Both the position numbers and the translations under genes were made by a program. 19,050 bases of DNA, from the NCBI GenBank assembly GCA_020720525.1, contig DYON01000012.1:2611-21660 (forward strand). Direction: 5' to 3'. The notes beneath the pieces are model-generated. The model did no database searches. It saw nothing but the letters and a program-made list of their open reading frames with translations, and was not told where the DNA came from. Below, piece after piece: positions 1 to 7,729 of the stretch (the first letter of the stretch is position 1; the number at the start of each line of letters is the position of its first letter). The DNA is from Acetofilamentum sp. (GTDB lineage Bacteria > Bacteroidota > Bacteroidia > Bacteroidales > DTU049).

Positions 1-262
1 TACCTATCAGCGCATGGTGTATGCATTGCTGGAGTTGATTGTGTTTTTGTTGTAAAAAACTATGGGGCGAGAATGAAAAGAATAAAGTTTGTAAAGTAAA
101 AAGTGTAAGATATTGATAATAGACAGGTTAAAATAAAACATGGTTTTTGCAACAGTCTCATTATTAATAATTTGACTTAGAAAACTATCGTCGTTATAGC
201 TTTTTGGACTGAACTCATTGAAATAAAAGTCATTTTTTACTGTTAGTTCTGTCAATACTTTT

Positions 263-270
263 TACTTTTG
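263..270 (+). promoter_or_regulatory. Bacteroidota-type -7 promoter box TACTTTTG (TAnnTTTG) for pckA; ATG at 288 lies 17 nt downstream
   Basis: Motif read directly; spacing to ATG matches other genes in window. Confidence 0.4.
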
Positions 271-287
271 TGAAAAATAGAACTGAA

Positions 288-377
288 ATGGAACATCTTC
301 TGACCAAATTGCGCGACGACCTTGCCAGCTACGGCATTGTTGAAACTCAGGAATTGTTTTACAATCTTCCGTACTAG
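288..377 (+). other. pckA: Authentic pckA N-terminal coding segment (MEHLLTKLRDDLASYGIVETQELFYNLPY) ended by an in-frame TAG at 375-377
   Basis: Same frame as the 408..2561 ORF. '...[22 protein letters not shown]' aligns with the conserved PckA N-terminus '...YNPSYD/ELLY...GYERG'. The TAG sits where D/E is expected, so GAG->TAG is a single G>T change. Confidence 0.6.
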
Positions 378-407
378 GAACTTTACAAACACGAAACTGC
401 CGGCGAT

Positions 408-2561
408 TTGGTTGGCTACGAACGTGGCTTCGAAACCAATTTGGGCGCAGTAAATGTCGATACTGGCATTTTTACTGGACGTTCGCCAAAAGATAAATAC
501 ATTGTTTTCGAAAACGAAAGCTCCGACAATATTTGGTGGGCAACCGAAGGACGCAAAGGTAGCGACAACAAACCCATCAGCGAGCCTGTGTGGAACGAAC
601 TGCTCGCAACTGGGCGCAAGCAACTTTCGGGCAACAAACTCTATGTGATGGACGCCTATTTGGGCGCCAACGAAAACACACGCTTAAAAATTCGTGTAGT
701 AACCGAAGTTGCATGGGCTGCTCATTTTGTAAAAAACATGTTCATTCGTCCGGCCGATTCCGAATTGGAAAACTTTGTGCCCGATTTCATCATGCTTCAT
801 GCTTGCAAAACTATCAATCCCGATTGGGAACGTCACAAACTCAATAGCGACGTTTTTGTAGTATTCAACATCAAAGAGCGCATGGCGGTTGTTGGAGGTT
901 CGTGGTATGGTGGCGAAATCAAAAAAGGTTTTTTCAGCATTATGAACTACTTTTTGCCTCTCCGCGGAATTGCGTCGATGCATTGTTCGGCCAATATGGG
1001 CAAAAATGGCGACACAGCTATCTTTTTCGGACTTTCTGGAACAGGTAAAACAACCCTGTCGGCCGATCCTGAACGCTATTTGATTGGCGACGACGAACAT
1101 GGCTGGGACGACGATGGAGTTTTCAACCTCGAAGGTGGTTGCTACGCCAAATGTATCAACCTGAGCAAAGAAAAAGAACCCGATATTTACGAAGCTATCC
1201 GCCGCGATGCTTTGCTCGAAAATGTTGTTTTCGACAAAAATTCGGGCGAAATCAATTTTTCGGATGCGTCAAAAACCGAAAACACAAGGGTTTCGTATCC
1301 CATTTATCATATTCGCAATATTGTAACTCCTGTTTCGCGTGGAACACATCCCCAAAAGGTGATTTTCCTTACAGCAGATGCTTTTGGTGTATTGCCGCCA
1401 GTTGCAAAACTCACTCGCGACCAAGCAATGTATTATTTTATGAGTGGTTTTACAAGCAAATTGGCTGGAACCGAGCGTGGAATTAAAGAACCAGTGCCAA
1501 CTTTTTCGGCTTGCTTTGGTGCTGCGTTTTTGTTGCTGCATCCAACTGTTTATGCACGCGAATTGGCGAAAAAGATGGATTTGCACAATGCTACTGCTTA
1601 TTTGGTAAATACTGGCTGGATCGAAGGTCCTTATGGAGTTGGCCGTCGAATTGATCTTCCAATTACACGCAAAATAATTGATGCTATACTCGATGGCACC
1701 ATCGACGAATCGCCCATGGAAGAATTGTCTATTTTTGGTCTTCAGATTCCTAAAAAGTTGCGCGATATCGACCAAAAAATTCTGAATCCGCGCAATTCGT
1801 GGAAATATCCAGCACAGTACGACAAGCAAGCACAAAATCTGGCCGATAAGTTTATCGACAATTTCCAGAATTTTACCGATACCGACGAAGGAAAACGTCT
1901 TGTGGCTGCTGGACCGCAAAACGCAATGATGAAGCAATACTACGAATATTATCGCGAACGGATTGATCAACTCGAATCGGAGCATAAAAGCGAATTGCAG
2001 CGAATGAAAGATCAGATCTACATTTTGCAAAATGCTTTTAGCGAATATATTTCGTTCAATTCAATCAACACTTCATACAAAAAACGTCAATTGAAGCGAC
2101 ATTTGCCAGTTAGTATTTTTATCGATACCAACGATGCAAACTTGATTGGAAGTGTTCATTCGGCGTTAATCAATATTGTTGAAGCTTCGGGCTTTTCGTT
2201 CTACAATCCAAAACGTGAGCCCGAGCGCTACAGCGAACGAATGGGAATATCGAAAGAACCCATTACTATGCAGGAAGTTTTCGAACGTATTTATGCAATT
2301 CACGACTTACTTATAAAAGACAATGCTACCAACAGCGAACTATCTGGTGCTATTGCTGCTTTTAAAGAAGTATCGGCTGGAATTAAAAATGCAGTTTTGA
2401 AAATGGGTTCGGTGTTGTTGGTAAAAACTTGCCACAACGAAGATCCAGCAATCGATGTACGCATTTTGTCTATTTCGGCACAAATTCATATCGACAAGCA
2501 CCCAGATTTGCTGCAAAATCCACCGCAGTTGCTCAAAGAGCTACATACTTTCAATCTTTAG
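408..2561 (+). CDS. pckA: Phosphoenolpyruvate carboxykinase (ATP), body of gene as called from TTG. Residues ~1-505 are PckA; residues ~506-717 (nt 1921-2561) are a non-homologous helical extension that may be a fused downstream gene
   Basis: [21 protein letters not shown] (kinase-1a/P-loop), SMHCSAN and the C-terminal LVAAGPQ all match PckA. The canonical protein ends 1-3 aa after AAGP, but here the frame continues 213 codons to TAG 2559-2561. Confidence 0.8.
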   Translation: MVGYERGFETNLGAVNVDTGIFTGRSPKDKYIVFENESSDNIWWATEGRKGSDNKPISEPVWNELLATGRKQLSGNKLYVMDAYLGANENTRLKIRVVTEVAWAAHFVKNMFIRPADSELENFVPDFIMLHACKTINPDWERHKLNSDVFVVFNIKERMAVVGGSWYGGEIKKGFFSIMNYFLPLRGIASMHCSANMGKNGDTAIFFGLSGTGKTTLSADPERYLIGDDEHGWDDDGVFNLEGGCYAKCINLSKEKEPDIYEAIRRDALLENVVFDKNSGEINFSDASKTENTRVSYPIYHIRNIVTPVSRGTHPQKVIFLTADAFGVLPPVAKLTRDQAMYYFMSGFTSKLAGTERGIKEPVPTFSACFGAAFLLLHPTVYARELAKKMDLHNATAYLVNTGWIEGPYGVGRRIDLPITRKIIDAILDGTIDESPMEELSIFGLQIPKKLRDIDQKILNPRNSWKYPAQYDKQAQNLADKFIDNFQNFTDTDEGKRLVAAGPQNAMMKQYYEYYRERIDQLESEHKSELQRMKDQIYILQNAFSEYISFNSINTSYKKRQLKRHLPVSIFIDTNDANLIGSVHSALINIVEASGFSFYNPKREPERYSERMGISKEPITMQEVFERIYAIHDLLIKDNATNSELSGAIAAFKEVSAGIKNAVLKMGSVLLVKTCHNEDPAIDVRILSISAQIHIDKHPDLLQNPPQLLKELHTFNL
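1921..2561 (+). other. 213-codon in-frame extension after the PckA C-terminus, with no PckA homology and predicted helical/coiled-coil. Tandem ATG ATG at 1926-1931 overlaps out-of-frame TGATGA, suggesting a formerly separate downstream gene
   Basis: Translation [30 protein letters not shown].... A -1 nt shift near 1917 would give AAGPKTQ* ending at TGA 1927-1929, like the canonical PckA end. Confidence 0.45.
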
Positions 2562-2570
2562 TATTGAATC

Positions 2571-2602
2571 AAAAAACGGGTTCTTAAAGGAGCCCGTTTT
2601 TT
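2571..2602. terminator. Bidirectional rho-independent terminator between convergent pckA and the flotillin gene
   Basis: A-tract 2571-2576, stem 2577-2583/2590-2596 (acgggtt/gagcccg with one G.U), T-tract 2597-2602. Confidence 0.6.
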
Positions 2603-2630
2603 ATTTGCTTTCAACCCTTGAAGGTATAGA

Positions 2631-4190
2631 CTATTTTTCTTTCTTCTTATCGTCTGGTGCTTCAACAATACTCTCTGGAGCTTTTTTTGCTGGTTCGTCG
2701 CCTTCTTTTTTAACCAGATATTCGGGCAACTGCATACCGGCCATATTCAGCATATCTTGAATAGGAGGAACCGATTTGTACAAGCCCGAAAGGAAACTGG
2801 CAGTTGATGATTTTCCATCGGTATTGTTGCCCTGACCACTGTCCCAAACAGTAACCTTATCAATTTTAATATTCTTAATGGCTTCGGTTTGCATTTTAAC
2901 GATTTCGGGAAGTTTGTCGGCAATAAGCAGCAATACAGCATCGCGGCTATTGTTGCCAGCAGCTTTCACAATCTGATCGAGACCTTCGGCTTGCTTGGTA
3001 AGAATTTCGAACATACCTTTAGCTTCGGCTTCCATTTTCATAAAAATAGCATCGGCCGAGCCTTTGGCTTGCTGTCTGATACTTTCGGCCTGAGCCTGCG
3101 CTTCGATAATAGCTTTTTCTTTCAGAATCTCGGCACTAACAACAATGCTTGCAGTTTGAGCTGCTTTGTCGCGCTGAGCACGAGCATCTTCGGCAAGTTT
3201 TTCGGCATCATAAGCTTCTTTCAAAGCCTGTGCACTTTGCACTTTTTCGGAAGCGATAGCACGTTTTTGAGCCTCAGCTTCGCGTTCGCGGCGTGCAGCA
3301 TCCGAATTGGCAATGGTGATTTTAGCCGTGTTTTCGCCTTCGACAGCTGTTGCATTCGCTTCGGCTATTTTCACACGTGTTTCTTGTTCGGCAAGAGCTT
3401 TTCCGATGTTTTCGTCGCGATTGGCAATAGCTATCAACACTTCTTTGTCTTTCATGGTGTTGGCAATCTGCGAATCGCGCGATTTGATGGTTTCGGCTAT
3501 CTGAACATCTTTTTCCTTTTCGGCTTCGGCCTTGCCAGTTTCGCCAAGCTTTTCTTGCTCGGCAACACTCTTTTTGGCTTCGTTGATGGCCTTAGCTGCA
3601 GCTTCTTTACCCAAAGCTTCGATGTAGCCCGATTCGTCTTTAATATCGGTAACGTTCACGTTGATTAGCTTCAAACCAATCTTTTTCATTTCGGTATCAA
3701 CATTGGCCGAAACATTGGTGAGGAATTTATCGCGGTTGTTGTTGATTTCTTCAATATCCATGGTAGCTACAACCAAACGAAGCTGACCAAAGATGATGTC
3801 TTTTGCCAAATCGTGAATCTCTTGGCGCTCGAGGCCAAGCAAACGTTCGGCAGCGTTCTCCATAATGCCAGTTTCGGTCGAAATGGCCACCGTAAAACGA
3901 CTGGGAACATCAACACGAATATTCTGACGGCTGAGAGCACTGGTAAGATTCACTTCAATAGAAATTGGAGTTAAATCCATGAACGAATAATCTTGCAACA
4001 CCGGCCAAATAAACGATGCACCCCCATGGATACATTTTGCCGATCGGTGTCCTTCGGGTCCAGCGCCAATTTTTCCGTAAACTACCATAACCCTGTCGCT
4101 GGGGCAACGTTTGTAGCGTTTCAGTAAGCCGAGTAGCATCAAAAAGACGAACAGAACGGCTAAGCCAATAATTATAGGCATGTATTGCAT
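2631..4190 (-). CDS. Flotillin-like SPFH/band-7 protein (YqiK family): N-terminal TM helix, SPFH domain, long A/E/K/Q-rich coiled-coil C-terminus
   Basis: Domain architecture in translation; partner NfeD-like gene immediately upstream with a 5-nt gap. Confidence 0.8.
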   Translation of the reverse strand: MQYMPIIIGLAVLFVFLMLLGLLKRYKRCPSDRVMVVYGKIGAGPEGHRSAKCIHGGASFIWPVLQDYSFMDLTPISIEVNLTSALSRQNIRVDVPSRFTVAISTETGIMENAAERLLGLERQEIHDLAKDIIFGQLRLVVATMDIEEINNNRDKFLTNVSANVDTEMKKIGLKLINVNVTDIKDESGYIEALGKEAAAKAINEAKKSVAEQEKLGETGKAEAEKEKDVQIAETIKSRDSQIANTMKDKEVLIAIANRDENIGKALAEQETRVKIAEANATAVEGENTAKITIANSDAARREREAEAQKRAIASEKVQSAQALKEAYDAEKLAEDARAQRDKAAQTASIVVSAEILKEKAIIEAQAQAESIRQQAKGSADAIFMKMEAEAKGMFEILTKQAEGLDQIVKAAGNNSRDAVLLLIADKLPEIVKMQTEAIKNIKIDKVTVWDSGQGNNTDGKSSTASFLSGLYKSVPPIQDMLNMAGMQLPEYLVKKEGDEPAKKAPESIVEAPDDKKKEK

Positions 4191-4195
4191 ATTGA

Positions 4196-4771
4196 TTAAA
4201 TTTTGGTGACAACAAAAATCTGACTATCGGTAATTTCGAGAACCTTTACCTGAGAACCAGTGAGAATAGCTTCTTCGTCGTTGGTTACAGCTTGGAATTC
4301 GGTGAAACGCCCCTGAACTGTGAGGCTAATTTTTCCTTGACCAGAGCGGGTAGGGGGGATGGTGAGATAAACTTCGGCAGTTTTGCCAATTGCCTTTGAG
4401 GAATCGACATTGCCATGATCGGCCAATTTACTCACAAAATAGAAAATAGCAGCCATAATAGCCATCATAGTCAGTCCAGCAAATAGCGAAATGAGCACTG
4501 CAAGCCATTGTTCCATGCCACCACGCAAACACACAAAGCCTGTTAGGCCCATAATTGCTAAAAATGCAACCATGTTTTTTATAGTGAAAAACTGAAATGG
4601 AATTCCAGTGTCGCCATCAACCGCAGCATCGGCATCGCCAGAAGCATCGGAATCGTGATCGGCACCAAACAAACTTAAAATCATTTGCAAAAGAAAAAAG
4701 AACGAAAATGCCAAACCAATGATGGCATAAATTTTTTCAATGGTTGATAATTCGATCCAGAAATTTTCCAT
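4196..4771 (-). CDS. NfeD-like (YqiJ-type) membrane protein: TM helices plus C-terminal OB-fold beta-barrel, no protease domain
   Basis: Hydrophobic N-half; C-terminal 'GKISLTVQGRFTEFQAVT...GSQVKVLEI' OB-like segment; operonic with the flotillin gene as in yqiJK. Confidence 0.7.
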   Translation of the reverse strand: MENFWIELSTIEKIYAIIGLAFSFFFLLQMILSLFGADHDSDASGDADAAVDGDTGIPFQFFTIKNMVAFLAIMGLTGFVCLRGGMEQWLAVLISLFAGLTMMAIMAAIFYFVSKLADHGNVDSSKAIGKTAEVYLTIPPTRSGQGKISLTVQGRFTEFQAVTNDEEAILTGSQVKVLEITDSQIFVVTKI

Positions 4772-4793
4772 GGCTTTTTAGATTAGCTGATAA

Positions 4794-4801
4794 CAAAAAT
4801 A
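4794..4801 (-). promoter_or_regulatory. -7 box TATTTTTG (minus strand) 22 nt upstream of the NfeD ATG (4771)
   Basis: Plus strand reads CAAAAATA. Confidence 0.35.
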
Positions 4802-4935
4802 GATATTTAAGTAAATCGAATGAAAATAATATTCAATTTGTTGATAAGTATTTTTTATTGATTTTAATCAACTGATATTCAATAAGTAACCAAATTGCCA
4901 TAGTTGAGATTCAAAAGAAACGCATTGTTTGCTTC

Positions 4936-4949
4936 ATGAAATATTTCAT
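4936..4949. promoter_or_regulatory. Perfect 14-bp palindrome ATGAAATATTTCAT in the upstream region of the NfeD-flotillin operon, a candidate operator
   Basis: Read directly; a second dyad TTGATTTTAATCAA lies at ~4859-4872. Confidence 0.25.
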
Positions 4950-5082
4950 TCAATTTATTTGGACTTATGTCCTATAATTTATATTATGTTAAGTAAAAGA
5001 ATTGGATAAAGCAACAATCCGACTTTAATATTAAAAACATCTTCCCCCGATTAAAAACGCGACTTGAGCAAAAAACAGCCAA

Positions 5083-5113
5083 TAAAAAAGCCCGAACTAT
5101 CGGGCTCTTTTTG
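5083..5113. terminator. Bidirectional intrinsic terminator immediately 3' of the tRNA on the minus strand
   Basis: A-tract 5083-5089, stem gcccga 5090-5095 / tcgggc 5100-5105, loop acta, T-tract 5106-5113. Confidence 0.6.
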
Positions 5114-5117
5114 TTTG

Positions 5118-5191
5118 TAGCGGGGACGAGAGTTGAACTCGTGACCTACGGGTTATGAATCCGTCGCTCTAACCACCTGAGCTACCCCGCC
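5118..5191 (-). tRNA. tRNA with CAT anticodon (Met; elongator vs Ile2-lysidine vs initiator not resolvable), 74 nt, no encoded CCA
   Basis: Minus-strand sequence GGCGGGGTAGCTCAGGTGGTTAGAGCGACGGATTCATAACCCGTAGGTCACGAGTTCAACTCTCGTCCCCGCTA folds as a cloverleaf: 7-bp acceptor with G1.U72, D-stem GCTC/GAGC, anticodon loop TTCATAA, T-stem ACGAG/CTCGT. Confidence 0.85.
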
Positions 5192-5262
5192 ATTTTTTAG
5201 GAGTGCAAAAATACTAACTTCATTCCATTTGAGCAAAAAATATTTCCTTTGTATCAAAAAAA

Positions 5263-6009
5263 ATGAAACTTACAATTTCAATCTTGGCAATTCTACTTGT
5301 TCTTTCGTGTCGTGCTCAGGTAATGAACATTGAACAGCAACGAATTATTACCGACACAACTGGCTGGGCTGGCACTTCGCAAATATCGGCATCGTTTACC
5401 AAATACACCGATCAGCTACTTACCATCGGGTTTAAAGACCATTTGCAATACAAGACCGATTCGTCGCTATACCTAATGCTTATCGATTACAATCTGGTTA
5501 AAAGTCCATCATCCGATTTCGATAATGCCGGAATTCTTCATTTCCGCTACAATTATAAGGTGCGCGACTATTTCACCTTCGAAGCCTTTACGCAAGGACA
5601 ATTCAACAAGTTGCTCGATGTTCGCTTTCGTTGGCTTATTGGTACTGGACCGCGTTTTAAGGTTATTGGACACAAAAATTTCAGATTGTATTTCGCCTCT
5701 TTATACATGTATGAATTCGAAGAATTGGAAACTCCCCTGCTCTATCAACGCAACCATCGCTTAAGTAGCTATATTTCAATAACATGGAAGCACAAATCGG
5801 GCACTATTCTTACCAATACGGTATATTATCAACCTCTTCTTGATCGAATTTCGGATTTTCGCATTTACAATCAGTTCGATTTTAGTTTGAAAATATCGAA
5901 AAAGCTTTCATTTACAACGTCTTACAAGTATTTTTTCGATTCGAATCCAGCCGAAAATATTATAAATGCAACCCATAACCTGAGCAATGGGCTTACTTTT
6001 CGATTCTAA
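5263..6009 (+). CDS. Secreted putative outer-membrane beta-barrel protein: signal peptide, alternating amphipathic strands, C-terminal ...LTFRF. Possibly DUF481-like
   Basis: N-terminal MKLTISILAILLVLSCRAQ signal; aromatic C-terminus typical of OMPs. Family assignment is from memory only. Confidence 0.5.
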   Translation: MKLTISILAILLVLSCRAQVMNIEQQRIITDTTGWAGTSQISASFTKYTDQLLTIGFKDHLQYKTDSSLYLMLIDYNLVKSPSSDFDNAGILHFRYNYKVRDYFTFEAFTQGQFNKLLDVRFRWLIGTGPRFKVIGHKNFRLYFASLYMYEFEELETPLLYQRNHRLSSYISITWKHKSGTILTNTVYYQPLLDRISDFRIYNQFDFSLKISKKLSFTTSYKYFFDSNPAENIINATHNLSNGLTFRF

Positions 6010-7469
6010 TTTTGCGGTAGTTCAAACCAGTCTTTTACATTTGTAAACACACTATCTCCACTTTTGTGGGTGAATTCATTTTTATGTGAATCGTAGTTGT
6101 AGTCATTTATCCACGAATTATGATTGTGTACAATTTCTTTCAATGCGTTACCGATGTAATCGATATTTTCGGTGGTCATTGTTGGGTGTAGCGACAAACG
6201 TACCCAGCCTGGTTTTAGTGAAAGGTCGCCTTGGTTGATGAGTTCGGTAATATGTCGCGATTTTTCGTAACTCACATCGAGCAAATAATGACCATAAGTA
6301 CCTGCGCAAGCACAACCGCCACGAACCTGAATGCCAAATCGATCGTTCAACAGCTTAACTATCAGATTGTAGTGAATTTCTTTGTGATAAAACGACACCA
6401 CACCAATACGATTTCGCTGCTCGCTTGCAAGGATGTGAATTCCATCGATTTGGTCGAATAGCTGAAAAGTTCTTTTAAGCAAAGCTTCTTCGGCGTCGCG
6501 AATATCGCAGGTATTCATTTGTTCTTTTAGTCTAATTGATAATGCTGTACGCATGGCTTGAATGAATCCTGGCGTACCACCGTCTTCGCGTGCTTCGATG
6601 TCGTCGATATACCGATATTCGCCCCAAGGATTGGTCCATTCGACGGTTCCACCGCCTGGATTGTCGGGTGCGGAATTGTGATACATGTTTTTATTGAAAA
6701 TAAGCACACCGCTGGCTCCGGGTCCACCTAAGAATTTGTGTGGACTAAAAATAATTCCATCGAGTTGTTGTGCCTCGGAAGCAGGGTGCATATTGATGGG
6801 CACATAAGGAGCTGTTGCCGCATAATCGGCAAAGCAAATGCCTCCATGCCTATGCATTATTTCGGACATTTCGTGAATTGGGTTTTGGATTCCAGTTACA
6901 TTCGAACCTGCCGAAAAAGATCCAATGAGTACGCGTCCTTTATATTTTTTGAGTTCATCTTCGAGATGATTTAAATCGACCAACAGATTTTTGCCTGGTG
7001 GCACCACCACCACATCGGCAGCTGTTTCGTACCAGCTTGTGTGGTTGCTATGATGTTCCATGTGGCTTATAAAACCAACAGGTCGTTCGGCAGTTCCCAA
7101 ACAATTGCTTTTATTACGAAGTTTGCCACAGTATTTGAGTCCCAACATTCGTTGAAGCTTGTTTATAGCTCCTGTCATTCCAAAACCCGTGGTAAGCAAA
7201 GCGTCGTTGGAGTTGGCATTCACATGTTTTTTTATGATTTCGCGTGCTTCGTAATAGGCATGTGTCGTGAGTGTACCAGTAGCACTGGTTTCGGTATGTG
7301 TGTTGCCAATCCATGGGCCAATATCGTTCGAAATTCGCTTTTCGATAGGAGCATACAATCGGCCCGAAGCAATCCAATCGGCATAAAGTAAAGGAAATTC
7401 TCCATAAGGAGTTCGCAATACTGCATCGCTTCCAACAGTGTTTTTACGAAAGGATTCAAACGATTTCAT
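6006..7469 (-). CDS. Class-V PLP-dependent aminotransferase / cysteine-desulfurase-like enzyme (~487 aa). Start moved to MKSFESF (ATG 7469) from the ORF-track 7511
   Basis: SPHKFLGGPGASGVL contains the PLP-lysine motif (S-x-H-K); GGCACAGTYGHY tail. The -7 box TATTTTTG at 7486-7493 (minus) lies inside the longer ORF-track N-terminus, which supports the shorter start. Confidence 0.7.
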   Translation of the reverse strand: MKSFESFRKNTVGSDAVLRTPYGEFPLLYADWIASGRLYAPIEKRISNDIGPWIGNTHTETSATGTLTTHAYYEAREIIKKHVNANSNDALLTTGFGMTGAINKLQRMLGLKYCGKLRNKSNCLGTAERPVGFISHMEHHSNHTSWYETAADVVVVPPGKNLLVDLNHLEDELKKYKGRVLIGSFSAGSNVTGIQNPIHEMSEIMHRHGGICFADYAATAPYVPINMHPASEAQQLDGIIFSPHKFLGGPGASGVLIFNKNMYHNSAPDNPGGGTVEWTNPWGEYRYIDDIEAREDGGTPGFIQAMRTALSIRLKEQMNTCDIRDAEEALLKRTFQLFDQIDGIHILASEQRNRIGVVSFYHKEIHYNLIVKLLNDRFGIQVRGGCACAGTYGHYLLDVSYEKSRHITELINQGDLSLKPGWVRLSLHPTMTTENIDYIGNALKEIVHNHNSWINDYNYDSHKNEFTHKSGDSVFTNVKDWFELPQN

Positions 7470-7485
7470 AGTCGATATTTGTTGG

Positions 7486-7493
7486 CAAAAATA
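7486..7493 (-). promoter_or_regulatory. -7 box TATTTTTG for the class-V PLP enzyme gene
   Basis: Plus strand CAAAAATA; 16 nt to ATG 7469. Confidence 0.4.
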
Positions 7494-7729
7494 GCGATAT
7501 TTAGACAACATAAGTCTGTTTTATCATTTGCTTGTGACTAAAAATTCGTATTTTTTTTGTCGATTATCAACTTTGCTTTAAAATAATCATTACCTTTATA
7601 AACAATAAAAACCTAAATACTATGTTATTAGGAGCATTGCTAACATTCTTTTCGTCCCTTTTGATAAACAAAACTTCAATTTTGACATTGGAAAAAAAAT
7701 ATAGTAAGACATAACGAATTCTTTGATTG

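Noticed and set aside
375-377. TAG recoding (alternative genetic code) as the explanation for the in-frame TAG in pckA
   Set aside because: TAG terminates several confident genes in this same window (pckA extension 2559-2561, flotillin 2631-2633, PLP enzyme 6006-8, zinc-ribbon gene 9758-60, T9SS cargo 16742-4), so the standard code applies.
7-623. Minus-strand ORFs 7..255 and 252..623
   Set aside because: Low-complexity, AT-driven translations with no recognisable domain. They overlap the pckA promoter/N-terminus on the opposite strand and are most likely noncoding upstream sequence.
1269-2030. 253-aa minus-strand ORF antisense to pckA
   Set aside because: Lies entirely inside a strongly conserved PckA coding region; shadow ORF.
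2889-3668. 259-aa plus-strand ORF (F/S/G-rich) inside the flotillin gene
   Set aside because: Antisense shadow of the A/E/K-rich coiled-coil coding region; implausible composition.
5118-5191. tRNA gene as an integration site for a genomic island (the flanking T9SS cargo and SPFH genes might be island cargo)
   Set aside because: No integrase, transposase or excisionase, and no direct repeat of the tRNA 3' end recognisable in the window. Flanking genes have ordinary promoters and core-like functions.
7512-7729. A canonical TAnnTTTG box for the 7730 gene
   Set aside because: Only imperfect candidates in the 215-nt divergent region (e.g. the T-run at ~7551-7561 fails the spacing), so no promoter feature was called.
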